A stretch of 64,000 nucleotides of DNA from an uncultured archaeon (GCA_902384455.1 CABMCB010000071.1:160001-224000); one strand, 5' to 3'. Positions 38,461 through 48,915 are shown, numbered from the stretch's first letter. Numbers and translations: made by a program. The notes: generated by a model from the letters alone, not told the origin.

Positions 38461-38498
38461 TTTTCCCTTTTTGACTTCCGTAACGGAGGTTGGAGAGG

Positions 38499-38630
38499 AT
38501 GGAAAACAAGACGAAAACTAAACGGTCCAAAGAGATGCCGTCGGGAATGCAGCGCGTCAAAGAAAGCGTCTACGACCCCTACAACCTACTCCCCGCCGAG
38601 TGGAAGACCATAAGACCCGAGGAGAGGTAG
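38499..38630 (+). CDS. 43-aa micropeptide 2 (YDPYxLLPxxWK motif)
   Basis: SD GGAGGT at 38485-38490. MENKTKTKRSKEMPSGMQRVKESVYDPYNLLPAEWKTIRPEER. Confidence 0.75.
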   Translation: MENKTKTKRSKEMPSGMQRVKESVYDPYNLLPAEWKTIRPEER

Positions 38631-38735
38631 CAAGTCGCCCCACAACATGGGTTGGGGCCGCTTTCCTTTAGCGTGAGCAACAGGAATTTGCCGTCTAACG
38701 CAAGTTTTTCTGTTCGTCCGTCTTCATTTTCTACT

Positions 38736-39239
38736 ATGGGTTTGTTCGCCAAAATGAAGCATCCGCGCGCAGGGGCAGTGTTCATAGTTTTCATGACGCT
38801 GCTGTCTTCAGTTCAAGCCATCGTGAGCACATTCACCAGTGATAATGTGGGGTTACCCTTTCTGGTTGTGACTTTGGTGATATACGGATTCGCCTACAAG
38901 CTCATCTGGGACTTCGTAGAAAGCAGCAAACTGTTTATGGAGTCTTATCTTCCGGTGCAACCGGGGCGCAAAGGATTCTGCAGCGGATGTGGAGTATGCT
39001 GCAGGATAATCAACGACTGCATCTTCCTTTCCAAAGACAACCGCTGCCGGATATACTATATACGGCCGCCTACCTGCCGTAAGTTTCCTCGGTGCGAGTA
39101 TGATTTGCTGACTCTAGTTGAGACATGCGATTATTATTGGGATAGTAAGAAGAGGCTTCCCAGTTTCTTTGAGGGGAAGCAGTTGGAGGAGAGAAAGAAG
39201 CGGTGGATGAAGGAGAACCCCGGTAAAAGCCCCGATTAA
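38736..39239 (+). CDS. Membrane-anchored YkgJ-family (CxxCxxCC) cysteine-cluster protein
   Basis: Two N-terminal TM helices, then CSGCGVCC...CIFL...CRIYYIRPPTCRKFP. Start set at ATG 38736. Confidence 0.8.
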   Translation: MGLFAKMKHPRAGAVFIVFMTLLSSVQAIVSTFTSDNVGLPFLVVTLVIYGFAYKLIWDFVESSKLFMESYLPVQPGRKGFCSGCGVCCRIINDCIFLSKDNRCRIYYIRPPTCRKFPRCEYDLLTLVETCDYYWDSKKRLPSFFEGKQLEERKKRWMKENPGKSPD

Positions 39240-39901
39240 CCAGGTGTTTGCGCGGCTTCCTTGCATGCGCGGGCTAGTTCCGTGACGTCCTTGTTCATTG
39301 TGTTCCTGTTTATCAGGATGAAGTTGCTGCCTGTCCCTATGCAGATGAACTCAGGCACGCGGGTGGTTTTGGTGTTGCGGCCCAGGCATGTTAGTAGCGC
39401 AATGTCCATCTTGGTCGGGTAGTCGAGGTCTATGTACTCGAAGTGGTAGCCGCTGCTACCTACCTGTTTTACCTGCGTCTTTAGGGGCGTGCATATTGCG
39501 ATGTGTTGGCGGCACAGGAACGCGATTGTTTCTTTAGTGTACCCAAGTTGCTGTGCGCATTTGAAGGCCGCGTTTTCCATTGGCTCTTCGATTGTGGTGG
39601 TTGTTTCTACTTGGGGTTGGGTTGTCGTGGTTGTGGTAGTTGTCGTAGTGGTTGTGGTCGTCGTGGAGGTTGTTGTGGTCGATGTGGTAGTTTCTTTCGG
39701 AAGCGTCGTAGTAGTCTGGCTGTCGCAGACGCCGTTGCCGTCGCGGTCCAGGCAGCACCCTCCCGAAGGGTCGGGTATTGAAGGCGTAGCGCAGGGGCTG
39801 CCCTGCATCACGCTGTTGATGGAATTTTCTATGTACGGATGGCTAAGGCAGCCTGCCGTGAACACCAGCAGAGCAAATGACGCCACAACTCCCAGATGCA
39901 T
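39236..39901 (-). CDS. Secreted protein with Thr-rich linker
   Basis: Signal ending TAGC, CCLDRDGNGVCD motif, poly-Thr tract. Start set at ATG 39901. Confidence 0.7.
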   Translation of the reverse strand: MHLGVVASFALLVFTAGCLSHPYIENSINSVMQGSPCATPSIPDPSGGCCLDRDGNGVCDSQTTTTLPKETTTSTTTTSTTTTTTTTTTTTTTTQPQVETTTTIEEPMENAAFKCAQQLGYTKETIAFLCRQHIAICTPLKTQVKQVGSSGYHFEYIDLDYPTKMDIALLTCLGRNTKTTRVPEFICIGTGSNFILINRNTMNKDVTELARACKEAAQTPG

Positions 39902-39976
39902 ATAACAAGAAATGGGCGGGCTGCCTAAATACGCTGTATTTTTCTTCTTGATTGCATTATGTATGGTGGAGTCAAA

Positions 39977-40750
39977 ATGAAGGTAGTAAAAAACGTCGTT
40001 CACGTAGACAAGGACCAGAATCTTACTTACGCTATAAACCTCATGGAAAAAAGGGGCGTTTCACGCCTCATAGTCACCGAAGACAGCGCAGTACTCGGCA
40101 TAATAACAGAGGGCGACATAATCCGCCGCATGGGCTCCTCAAAAGGAAGGGACGTCCCAGCAACCCACCTACACGTGTCCTCAGCAATGACCCACGAAAT
40201 AGTCACGCTACCATTCGACGTGACGCTAAAGGAGGCCGCCCACCAGATGGTGAGGCAGAACAGGTATGGGTTTCCCCTTGTCGCAGGCGACACGATCACC
40301 GGCTGGATCACTAAGACGGATATCGCCGCTTCATTGTCCGGGTGCGAGAAGACGATTGCGGATGTTTACGACAAAAGCCCCGCAGCCCTCCGTTTCGACC
40401 AGTCTCTTGCTCATGCGCGAGCCGAGATGGAGCGCACCGGAGTAGAACGCTTCCTGGTACTTGACAACAACGTATTAGTCGGCGTTTTGACTCACAAGGA
40501 CGTCATGGCAGGCCTACTCATATCAAAGAAGTCCGTCGACCACCCGCACCACGCAGACCCCGGCAACATGCTCGTCGGATCCTTCATGACCGAAGCGCCC
40601 ATGACGGTGAAACCAGAGCAGACGGTGGGTAAGGCCGTTGAGTTGATGCTTAAGCGGAAGGTTTCTGGTTTGCCTGTGGTGAGTTCTCCGTGGGGTCTTC
40701 TTACTAAGAAGAATTTGGTGGCTGCGGTGGCTTCGGGGAAGCTTCCTTAG
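39977..40750 (+). CDS. CBS domain protein (two CBS pairs)
   Basis: Repeated LIV/LPV...GIIT/GWIT/GVLT-x-x-D CBS motifs. Confidence 0.9.
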   Translation: MKVVKNVVHVDKDQNLTYAINLMEKRGVSRLIVTEDSAVLGIITEGDIIRRMGSSKGRDVPATHLHVSSAMTHEIVTLPFDVTLKEAAHQMVRQNRYGFPLVAGDTITGWITKTDIAASLSGCEKTIADVYDKSPAALRFDQSLAHARAEMERTGVERFLVLDNNVLVGVLTHKDVMAGLLISKKSVDHPHHADPGNMLVGSFMTEAPMTVKPEQTVGKAVELMLKRKVSGLPVVSSPWGLLTKKNLVAAVASGKLP

Positions 40751-40771
40751 GTTTGTTGATTGCGAATCAGA

Positions 40772-40786
40772 GGAAAAGTTTATATA
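40772..40786 (+). promoter_or_regulatory. BRE + TATA box upstream of the heat-shock cluster
   Basis: GGAAAAG-TTTATATA about 45 nt upstream of ATG 40829. Confidence 0.6.
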
Positions 40787-40828
40787 CACCTAAACCCATA
40801 CATAATCTCAGTTTCAGGTGGTCGCGTA

Positions 40829-41221
40829 ATGGACAGAAAACCGGCGAAAAGCATATTCGACGAACTCTACAGGCTGATGAATCATCTACTGCAGAATCCA
40901 TACGCTCCCATCCGCCTCGCCGTAAGCGTTGCGGAAAAGCCGGCCCCCTACGCGGACATAATAGAAACGCCTCATGAAATCCACCTCACAGTGGAGCTGC
41001 CAAACGTGTCCCCAAACAAACTGCGCATTGGCGCAGACCGCCGCCTGCTGGAGATAAAAGCGTCAGGCTCAGACAGAACGCATCCCTCCCCCGCGGAAGG
41101 CGTACACAACTACGAACTTCCCGCGGACATACAGCCAAAAAGCCTGAAAATAACATTCCACAACAACATACTAAGCGTCATCGCCCAGAAAGCGCGGAAA
41201 GAAAAAATCAAAATAAACTAA
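40829..41221 (+). CDS. Small heat-shock protein (Hsp20/alpha-crystallin)
   Basis: DIIE...VELPNV, LPADI...FHNNILSV, C-terminal IKI motif. Confidence 0.85.
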   Translation: MDRKPAKSIFDELYRLMNHLLQNPYAPIRLAVSVAEKPAPYADIIETPHEIHLTVELPNVSPNKLRIGADRRLLEIKASGSDRTHPSPAEGVHNYELPADIQPKSLKITFHNNILSVIAQKARKEKIKIN

Positions 41222-41252
41222 ATCAAAACACAACCAACAGGTGATGTAAAAA

Positions 41253-42866
41253 ATGACACAACAACCACAGCAACAATTCATCATACTACCGGAAAACATG
41301 ATGAGAACGCGGGGCAGAGACGCCCAAGGACAAAACATCCTCGCAGCAAGAGTGATGGCGGAAATAGTCAAAACGACGCTGGGCCCAAGAGGCATGGACA
41401 AAATGCTCGTCGATTCCACAGGCGACGTCACAATAACAAACGACGGAGCCACAATAGTCGAAAGCATAAACGTAGAGCACCCCGCAGCCAAGATGGTCGT
41501 TGAAGTCGCCAAGACTCAGGACGAAGAAGTCGGCGACGGAACCACAACAGCAGTAATGCTGGTCGGAGAACTTCTCACCAACGCCGAAAAACTCCTTGAG
41601 CAAAGCATCCACCCGACAGTCATAGTCCGCGGATACCGCATGGCAGCCCAAAAAGCGCAGGACATAATCGATTCGGTAGGCAAGCCCATAACCCTCAAAG
41701 ACACCGCGCTACTCATGGAAATCGCCGGCACATCAATGACAGGAAAAAGCGCAGAAGCCCAAAAAGAAATCCTGTCCGATCTCACCGTAAAAGCCGTCCG
41801 GCAAGTCGCCGAAGAAGCAAACGGCAAAGTCAAAGTCGACCGCGACACAATCGCAATAGAAAAGAAGGCGGGCGGAAGCATCGCCGACAGCGAACTAATC
41901 AACGGCGTAGTCTTAGATAAGGAACGCGCAACACCCGGCATGCCAAAGAAGGCGGCCGACGCGAAAATAGCTCTTGTCGACTCCCCATTCGAGATAAAGA
42001 AAACGGAAACCGACGCAAAAATAAGAATCACCTCCACAGACCAACTGCTGGCATTCGGCGAGCAGGAGGAGAAGATTCTGAAAGACAAAGTCGACGCAAT
42101 AGTGAAATCAGGCGCAAACGTACTTTTCTGCCAGAAAGGAATAGACGACATCGCCCTACACTACCTAACCAAAGCAGGCATACTGACAGTCAAAAACGTG
42201 AGCGGCGACGACATAAAAAAGCTCTCCAAAGCGACAGGAGCAACAATCGCAAGCAACCTCAAAGCACTCACCGCAAAAGACCTCGGATACGCCAAAACAG
42301 TTGAAGAAATCAAAATAGGCGGAGACGAAATGATATTCGTCCGCGACTGCAAAAACCCCAAAGCAGTAGCAATACTAGCCAGAGGAGGAACAGAACACGT
42401 CGTAGACGAAATAGACCGCAGCCTCAAAGACGCAGTAGGAAGTGTGGCAACAGCAGTCGAAGCAGGCAAAGTAGTCGCAGGAGGCGGCTCAATCGAAATC
42501 GAAGTAGCACGCGAAATAAGAAAATACGCAGAAACAATAGGCGGCCGCGAACAGCTTGCTGTGCAGGAGTTCGCCGACGCGCTTGAGTCCATACCCAAGC
42601 AGCTGGCCAAGAGCGCCGGAATGGACACTATAGACACTTTAGTCAAGCTTCGCGCCGAACACGAGAAGAAAGGCGGCCAGACAATCGGAGTCAACGTCTT
42701 CAAGGCGGAGACGGCCGACATGTGGCAGATTGGCGTGATTGAGCCGACTCGGACCAAGATTAATGCATTAAGAAGCGCGACTGAAGCTAGCGTACTTATC
42801 CTGCGCATAGACGACGTTATTGCGTCAGGAAAGAAAGGCGGGGGAGGAGCCCCCGGGATGGAATAA
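41253..42866 (+). CDS. ths: Thermosome subunit (group II chaperonin)
   Basis: [30 protein letters not shown]. Confidence 0.97.
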   Translation: MTQQPQQQFIILPENMMRTRGRDAQGQNILAARVMAEIVKTTLGPRGMDKMLVDSTGDVTITNDGATIVESINVEHPAAKMVVEVAKTQDEEVGDGTTTAVMLVGELLTNAEKLLEQSIHPTVIVRGYRMAAQKAQDIIDSVGKPITLKDTALLMEIAGTSMTGKSAEAQKEILSDLTVKAVRQVAEEANGKVKVDRDTIAIEKKAGGSIADSELINGVVLDKERATPGMPKKAADAKIALVDSPFEIKKTETDAKIRITSTDQLLAFGEQEEKILKDKVDAIVKSGANVLFCQKGIDDIALHYLTKAGILTVKNVSGDDIKKLSKATGATIASNLKALTAKDLGYAKTVEEIKIGGDEMIFVRDCKNPKAVAILARGGTEHVVDEIDRSLKDAVGSVATAVEAGKVVAGGGSIEIEVAREIRKYAETIGGREQLAVQEFADALESIPKQLAKSAGMDTIDTLVKLRAEHEKKGGQTIGVNVFKAETADMWQIGVIEPTRTKINALRSATEASVLILRIDDVIASGKKGGGGAPGME

Positions 42867-42877
42867 GAGTTTCGCCG

Positions 42878-43456
42878 ATGAAACACGGCAAGCGCATAAT
42901 TCCCATCGGAGATGAAGAGGCCTCTGAAGCTAAGGCCAAGCCCGCCGAAGACGCAGGCGGCCCAGCCAACTCAGTTCGGCAGGGAGCCGAATCAAATCCT
43001 GAATTGGGTGCGGCCCAAGCTGAAGTCGCGTCTCTTACCGACCAAATTAAGCGTCTTGCCGCGGAATTCGACAACTACAAGAAGAGGGTGGAGCGCGACC
43101 GCAAATTAAGCGAGCAGTATGCTGCCGCTCCAGCGCTGACCAAACTGCTTTCCGTCTTGGACAACCTGACGAGAGCCAGGCAGTCAGCGGAGAAGACGCA
43201 TGATGTGGCGTCTTACGCCCGCGGGATTGAGATGACGGAACAGCAATTCAAAAAAGCGCTCGAAGAAGCCGGCGTAAAGGAAATCTCGACCGAAGGAGCG
43301 TTCAATCCCTCGCTCCACGAGGCTATTCACGCAGAACCATCAGACAAACCACAAAACACAATAATAGAAGTCATAGAGAAAGGATACTTACTCCATGACC
43401 GCGTGTTGAGGCCCGCAAGGGTGAAAATAAGCGGAGGAATAAAGGAAAATGGCTAA
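42878..43456 (+). CDS. grpE: Nucleotide exchange factor GrpE
   Basis: [32 protein letters not shown]. Confidence 0.95.
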   Translation: MKHGKRIIPIGDEEASEAKAKPAEDAGGPANSVRQGAESNPELGAAQAEVASLTDQIKRLAAEFDNYKKRVERDRKLSEQYAAAPALTKLLSVLDNLTRARQSAEKTHDVASYARGIEMTEQQFKKALEEAGVKEISTEGAFNPSLHEAIHAEPSDKPQNTIIEVIEKGYLLHDRVLRPARVKISGGIKENG

Positions 43457-45362
43457 AGTACTCGGCATAGATTTAGGGACAACAAACTCGTGCATGGCTG
43501 TCATAACCGGCGGTAAGCCGGAGGTCATCCCCAACGCTGAAGGGGACCGTACGACTCCAAGCGTTGTTTCGCTTGTTAAGGGCGAGCGTGTGGTTGGGAA
43601 GGTCGCTAAGAGGCAGGCTATAGTCAACACTGACGCTACGATTTATTCCGTGAAGCGTTTTATGGGCCGCAAGTTTGATGACCCTGGTGTTCAGCAGGAT
43701 TTGAAGATGGTGGGTTTTTCTCTTGTGAAGGCGTCTAACGGGGATGTGCGCATTGTGGCTGAGGGGCGGGATTATGCTCCTCCAGAGATTTCGGCAATGA
43801 TTCTTTCCAAGATGAAGGCTGATGCGGAAGCTTTTCTTAACGAGAAGATTACTCAGGCCGTTATTACGGTGCCTGCTTACTTCAATGACGCTCAGAGGCA
43901 GGCGACAAAAGACGCGGGTAAAATCGCTGGTTTGGAGGTCCTAAGGATTATCAACGAGCCGACTGCCGCAAGTTTGGCTTACGGGCTGGACAAGAAGAAG
44001 AGCCAGAAGATTGCTGTCTACGACCTGGGCGGCGGGACGTTTGACATAAGTTTACTCGAGATTGGGGACGGAGTAGTCGAGGTGCTAAGCACCAACGGAG
44101 ACACTCATCTGGGCGGAGATGACTTCGACCAGGTCCTAATCCAATACCTCATTTCGGAATTCAAGAAGCAGGAGGGAATAGACATCTCGTCCGACAAGAC
44201 TGCTCTTCAGCGGTTTAAGGACGCAGGCGAAAAAGCGAAGATAGAATTGTCTTCCGCGACGACAACAGAAATTAACCTGCCTTTTCTTTCGTCAGTCAAC
44301 AACGTGCCCAAACACCTGAACCTCACATTAACACGAGCGAAGCTTGAGCAGCTAACCCAACACCTAATAGACAAATCAATCGAGCCATGCAAAAAAGCGC
44401 TCTCGGACGCAAAAATGACCGTCTCAGAAATAGACGAAGTAGTGCTTGTCGGAGGCCAGACGCGGATGCCTGCGGTGCAGAAGGCAGTGAAAGACTTCTT
44501 CGGCAAAGAACCCAACAAAAGCGTCAACCCCGACGAAGTAGTCGCAGTAGGCGCCGCAGTTCAAGCGGGAGTGCTTGCGGGAGAAGTCAAAGACGTACTG
44601 CTACTTGACGTGACGCCGCTGACTCTCGGAATAGAAACGCTCGGCGCAGTAATGACGCCGCTCATAGAAAGAAACACCACAATACCAACCAAAAAAAGCC
44701 AGGTATTCTCAACGGCCGCAGACTACCAGTCGAGCGTAGAAATCCACGTCCTACAGGGCGAGAGGAAAATGGCCGCAGACAACAAGAGTCTCGGCAAATT
44801 CATCCTCACAGGAATTCCGCCTGCACCCCGAGGCATACCTCAGATTGAAGTGACATTCGACATAGACGCAAACGGAATAGTCAACGTCACAGCCAAAGAC
44901 CTCGCCACAAGCCAACAGCAAGCAATAACAATACGGCCAAGCAGTGGGCTGTCCGACAACGAAGTGGAGCGGATGGTGAAGGAAGCTGAAACCCACGCGG
45001 AAGAAGACAAAACTAAGAAGGAAGTAGTCGACGCCAAAAACGACGCGGACGGCCTCATATACGCCACCGAAAAGGCGATGGGCGAACTTAAGGACCTTGA
45101 CGAGAAAAAGAAGGAGGACGCCAAAAAAGCGATTGAGGAACTAAAGAAGGCCGTAGCTAAAGGCGACGCAGCCGAAATAAAGGCTAAGACTGAGGAATTG
45201 GGGAAAGCAAGCCAAACACTTTTCACGGAAGCCTACCAGAAGGCTGCGGCGCAGCACGCCCAAAAGGAGGCAAACGAAAAAGGCGGGCAACCCCAAGACA
45301 AGAAGCCCGGCGACAACGTCGTGGACGCCGACTACGAAGTAGTAGACGACAAAAAGAAATAG
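43449..45362 (+). CDS. dnaK: Chaperone DnaK (Hsp70)
   Basis: [25 protein letters not shown]. Confidence 0.98.
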   Translation: MAKVLGIDLGTTNSCMAVITGGKPEVIPNAEGDRTTPSVVSLVKGERVVGKVAKRQAIVNTDATIYSVKRFMGRKFDDPGVQQDLKMVGFSLVKASNGDVRIVAEGRDYAPPEISAMILSKMKADAEAFLNEKITQAVITVPAYFNDAQRQATKDAGKIAGLEVLRIINEPTAASLAYGLDKKKSQKIAVYDLGGGTFDISLLEIGDGVVEVLSTNGDTHLGGDDFDQVLIQYLISEFKKQEGIDISSDKTALQRFKDAGEKAKIELSSATTTEINLPFLSSVNNVPKHLNLTLTRAKLEQLTQHLIDKSIEPCKKALSDAKMTVSEIDEVVLVGGQTRMPAVQKAVKDFFGKEPNKSVNPDEVVAVGAAVQAGVLAGEVKDVLLLDVTPLTLGIETLGAVMTPLIERNTTIPTKKSQVFSTAADYQSSVEIHVLQGERKMAADNKSLGKFILTGIPPAPRGIPQIEVTFDIDANGIVNVTAKDLATSQQQAITIRPSSGLSDNEVERMVKEAETHAEEDKTKKEVVDAKNDADGLIYATEKAMGELKDLDEKKKEDAKKAIEELKKAVAKGDAAEIKAKTEELGKASQTLFTEAYQKAAAQHAQKEANEKGGQPQDKKPGDNVVDADYEVVDDKKK

Positions 45363-45370
45363 GCGCACGC

Positions 45371-46507
45371 ATGCCAGACAGAGACTACTACGAAATTCTG
45401 GGGGTCGGCCGCGACGCAACCGCAGAAGACGTAAAGAAGGCGTATCGTTCTCTCGCAAAAAAAATTCACCCCGACATAAACAAAAGCCCTGACGCCGAAG
45501 CTAAATTCAAGGAACTCTCCGAAGCATACGAAGTGCTCGCAGACCAAGACAAACGAGTACGCTATGACCAATACGGAAAAGAAGGAGTCAAAAACTCATT
45601 CGGCCAAGGCGGATTCACATGGGACGACTTCAGCCACGTCGGAGACATCGAAGACATATTCTCCGGCAGCAGCATATTCGACATGCTTTTCGGCGGCCGA
45701 AGCAGGAAGCATTCTCACGCTAACGCGGGAAACGACCTTAAAGCTGACGTCTCCCTCACCCTTGAGGAGGTTGCTGAGGGAGTCAAGAAGAGCATTAAAA
45801 TCCGCCGCAAGGAACGCTGCGACGCATGCGGCGGGTCCGGCGCAAAAAAAGGTACGTCTTCAACGACATGCCCCGAGTGCAAAGGCCGGGGGAGCGTGCG
45901 CAAAGAGCGTTCAACCCCCTTCGGATACTTCGCGACAGTAGCTCCATGCGGAAGATGCGGCGGCACAGGAGAATACATCGCAGACAAATGCAGTTCATGC
46001 GGCGGAAGCGGCCTTGAGAGGAAGGAGCGGTTGGTTTCACTTTCGATTCCTGCGGGCGTAGAAGACGGTAATCATCTTCTTCTTCGCGGCGAGGCTGATG
46101 CGGGGGAGCATGGCGGTCCGAGCGGAGACCTTTATGTCGTCGTTTCTGTTAAGGAGCATTCCGTTTTCACGCGCGACAGGGACGACTTGTTGTGCGCAGT
46201 CAAAGTTTCTTTTCCTCAGTTGGTTTTGGGATGCGAAATTGAGGTTCCCACAATACGCGGGAAAACCAAGCTCACAATTCCCGCGGGAACTCAGCCGGCA
46301 ACTGTCTTCTACATCAAAAACGAGGGGTTGCCTCGGCTTAACGGCGCAGGTCGCGGAGAGCAGCTGGTTCAGTTGATGGTGAGCGTCCCCACCAAGCTCA
46401 CAAAAAGGGAGAAGGAGATTATCACGGAGCTTGCGGGGCTCATACCGGAGAAGCCAGTTCTTGAGAAAGGAGTATTCGGGAAACTAAAGGACGCGCTCCA
46501 CAGGTGA
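45371..46507 (+). CDS. dnaJ: Chaperone DnaJ
   Basis: J-domain HPD and four CxxCxGxG repeats. Confidence 0.97.
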   Translation: MPDRDYYEILGVGRDATAEDVKKAYRSLAKKIHPDINKSPDAEAKFKELSEAYEVLADQDKRVRYDQYGKEGVKNSFGQGGFTWDDFSHVGDIEDIFSGSSIFDMLFGGRSRKHSHANAGNDLKADVSLTLEEVAEGVKKSIKIRRKERCDACGGSGAKKGTSSTTCPECKGRGSVRKERSTPFGYFATVAPCGRCGGTGEYIADKCSSCGGSGLERKERLVSLSIPAGVEDGNHLLLRGEADAGEHGGPSGDLYVVVSVKEHSVFTRDRDDLLCAVKVSFPQLVLGCEIEVPTIRGKTKLTIPAGTQPATVFYIKNEGLPRLNGAGRGEQLVQLMVSVPTKLTKREKEIITELAGLIPEKPVLEKGVFGKLKDALHR

Positions 46508-46555
46508 CTTCCATCCAACACGTTTTTCTCCCCGGCATTCCCGATTAAATACGTC

Positions 46556-47095
46556 ATGCAGGCTGAAGCCAACCAACCCGGAGGAAGTCCGCCTGACGAA
46601 GTAGGCAAATTAAGGGACAAAATCAGGAAGATACTCACGATGAGTTCGTCGAATCTTGTAGCCATGGAAGTGTCCTACCGCCTAATCCAAAGCAAAGCAA
46701 ACCCCCTCAATCTCACTGACGGCCAAGTACTAAGCCACACGCCCGTCCTGGGTATGCCTGCGGTGGAACTACTAAAGCCGGCAGTAGCAGACGCAGTGCT
46801 CGACCGCCACAAAATGGAAGGCCCGCTGCGGGAAAACATGCGCAGGGTACTGCTCATCGGCGGAAGCGCAGCCGTCCCGCAGCTATTTGAAGACGCAGCA
46901 TTCAACGCCAAGATGAATGAAATATTCCAAGACATCACAGCGCTAAACCAGACTTCAACGGAAGGCCTCATTCTACCTAAATCAGACTTGTTCAGGAACG
47001 CAACCCAAAACGGCATAACAAACATACACGACTACCGGATGCAGTGGGAGGCATATCTCTCGTCGTTCGGGAACCCGAAACAACAACCCGAATGA
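46556..47095 (+). CDS. Hypothetical protein (paralog A)
   Basis: 179-aa ORF homologous to the downstream split copy. Confidence 0.65.
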   Translation: MQAEANQPGGSPPDEVGKLRDKIRKILTMSSSNLVAMEVSYRLIQSKANPLNLTDGQVLSHTPVLGMPAVELLKPAVADAVLDRHKMEGPLRENMRRVLLIGGSAAVPQLFEDAAFNAKMNEIFQDITALNQTSTEGLILPKSDLFRNATQNGITNIHDYRMQWEAYLSSFGNPKQQPE

Positions 47096-47131
47096 AAACC
47101 GTTTTTATCCTCATCACGCCCGGTAATTAAC

Positions 47132-47619
47132 GTGCCAGCCCAACCCACCAAAGCCCAAAACGAAACAGACGCGCTCAAAGCAGAACTCAAAGGATACTTC
47201 TTTAACGGCCAAAGTGACCGCGAAGCTCTTGAGCGGGTGAATAGAAAGCTTACAGACAAGGTGGGCAGCGTAGTACAAGTCACACTGAAATCCTGGGCAT
47301 ACCCGCACAGGACATAGTGACAGACGTCGTATGGGACGTACTTTTAGACCGCAGAAACGTGCTGGAGCCGCAAAGGACTGGTTTCAAGGCCCTCGGACTT
47401 TCCGGCGGTAATCCAAAACTCTATGAAGACAAAGCATTCAATGAAGTTGCGGGTCAACTGCTTGCGGACGCCTCTCAATTACAGCAAACTGCTCGTCAAA
47501 CGCCTGTTGATTCGGATGTCCTGATAAACGGCGTGGGAATCCCTCACGTAGCCCTTACTTTCTACGACGGAGCGCGCAAAAGGTACTTAGCTTCAATGGA
47601 ACCCAAGCAGGCTCCATAA
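47132..47619 (+). pseudogene. Frameshifted paralog B of 46556-47095
   Basis: The second frame reads SHTEILGIPAQDIVTDVVWDVLLDRR versus SHTPVLGMPAVELLKPAVADAVLDRH. Frame change near 47276. Confidence 0.65.
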
Positions 47620-47678
47620 GTCATAGCTAGTATTAACTCAAACGGATTTTTTTAACGCATCCATTCCAATATGTGGGC

Positions 47679-48914
47679 ATGGACGACTTGCTCCTTAAGG
47701 CTCTTGCTTCCGAACACGGCACGCCGCTTTACGTCTACGACGGCGACATGATACGGCAACGCTACAATACGTTCAAGAACGCGTTCGAAACAAGATACTC
47801 GCCGGTGAAAGTTTCTTACGCAATGAAGGCCAACAGCAGCCTGGCAGTCCTAAAAATCTTTTCGTCTCTTGGGGCGGGAGTGGACGTCGTTTCGGGCGGG
47901 GAACTTGAGGTGGCGCTTAAAGCGGGTTTTTCGGCGAAAGACATCCTGTTCACAAGCAACAGCAAAAGCCCGTGGGAACACGAACTCGCAGTCAGAAAAG
48001 GCGCGGTCATAAACGTAGACAGCGTCCACGAAATACAAAGCCTATCCAAAGTCGCTGCTTCGCTCGGCAAAAAAGCGAAAGTCAGCTTCCGCGTCAACCC
48101 AAGCGTCAACCCGCAAACGCACCCAAAAATAGCGACAGGACTCAAGAACGCCAAATTCGGGGTACCAATTGAAGACGGCGTCGCGCTCGAAGCTTACCGG
48201 CAGGCGAAAGCAGACTCAAACCTTAAGGTCGTCGGACTGCACACGCACATAGGAAGCCAAATACTCGAAACCGACAGCTTCCGCGACGCGGCAACCCGCA
48301 TAATGGACTTCGCGCTCCAACTAAAGAAGGAACTGAAAATAAAACTCAAATTCATCGACCTCGGAGGAGGACTCGGCATATCCTACAAAGGAGAAACAAA
48401 CATCATCGGCCCAGACGACCTAGCTGCGGCAGTCGTGCCCGTCGTCGAAGAAGGAGTCAAAAAACTCGGCTACCGCCCCGAACTCTGGCTTGAACCCGGA
48501 AGATGGTTCGTAGGGCCATCCGGAGAGCTTATCGCCAGAGTAAACAGCCTCAAAAAGACTCCCGACAAAAAGTACGCGAACGTGAACGCAGGATTCAACG
48601 TGCTCATAAGGCCGGCGATGTACGACAGCTTCCATCGCGTCCGGGTGCTTGGCAAGTTGGGCGAAGAAGAAACTTACGACATAGCAGGCAACATATGCGA
48701 AAGCGGAGACATACTAGCTAAAGACCGCAAACTACCCCAAATACAAGAAGACGACATAATCTGCCTCATGGACGCGGGAGCATACGGCTTCGCAATGGCA
48801 AGCAACTACAACAGCTGGCCTCTACCTGCGGAAGTGCTCGTTGAAGCAGGAAAAGGCCGTCTGATACGTCAGCGGGGAACAACCAAGGATTTATTGAGGA
48901 ACCAAATCGCTTGA
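47679..48914 (+). CDS. lysA: Diaminopimelate decarboxylase
   Basis: GTPLYVYD, YAMKAN, HIGSQI, EPGR, GNICESGD, GAYGFAMASNYN. Confidence 0.96.
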   Translation: MDDLLLKALASEHGTPLYVYDGDMIRQRYNTFKNAFETRYSPVKVSYAMKANSSLAVLKIFSSLGAGVDVVSGGELEVALKAGFSAKDILFTSNSKSPWEHELAVRKGAVINVDSVHEIQSLSKVAASLGKKAKVSFRVNPSVNPQTHPKIATGLKNAKFGVPIEDGVALEAYRQAKADSNLKVVGLHTHIGSQILETDSFRDAATRIMDFALQLKKELKIKLKFIDLGGGLGISYKGETNIIGPDDLAAAVVPVVEEGVKKLGYRPELWLEPGRWFVGPSGELIARVNSLKKTPDKKYANVNAGFNVLIRPAMYDSFHRVRVLGKLGEEETYDIAGNICESGDILAKDRKLPQIQEDDIICLMDAGAYGFAMASNYNSWPLPAEVLVEAGKGRLIRQRGTTKDLLRNQIA

Positions 48915-48915
48915 T

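Noticed and set aside
37536-38794. ORF-track calls 37536-37724(-), 37740-38237(-), 38059-38262(+), 38363-38560(-), 38422-38613(+), 38579-38794(-)
   Set aside because: They have no motifs and no mutual homology, and they overlap the better-supported microproteins and structured elements.
39595-39715. GTT/GTG/GTC trinucleotide-like repeat
   Set aside because: It encodes the poly-Thr linker of the minus-strand secreted protein and is not a CRISPR array or satellite.
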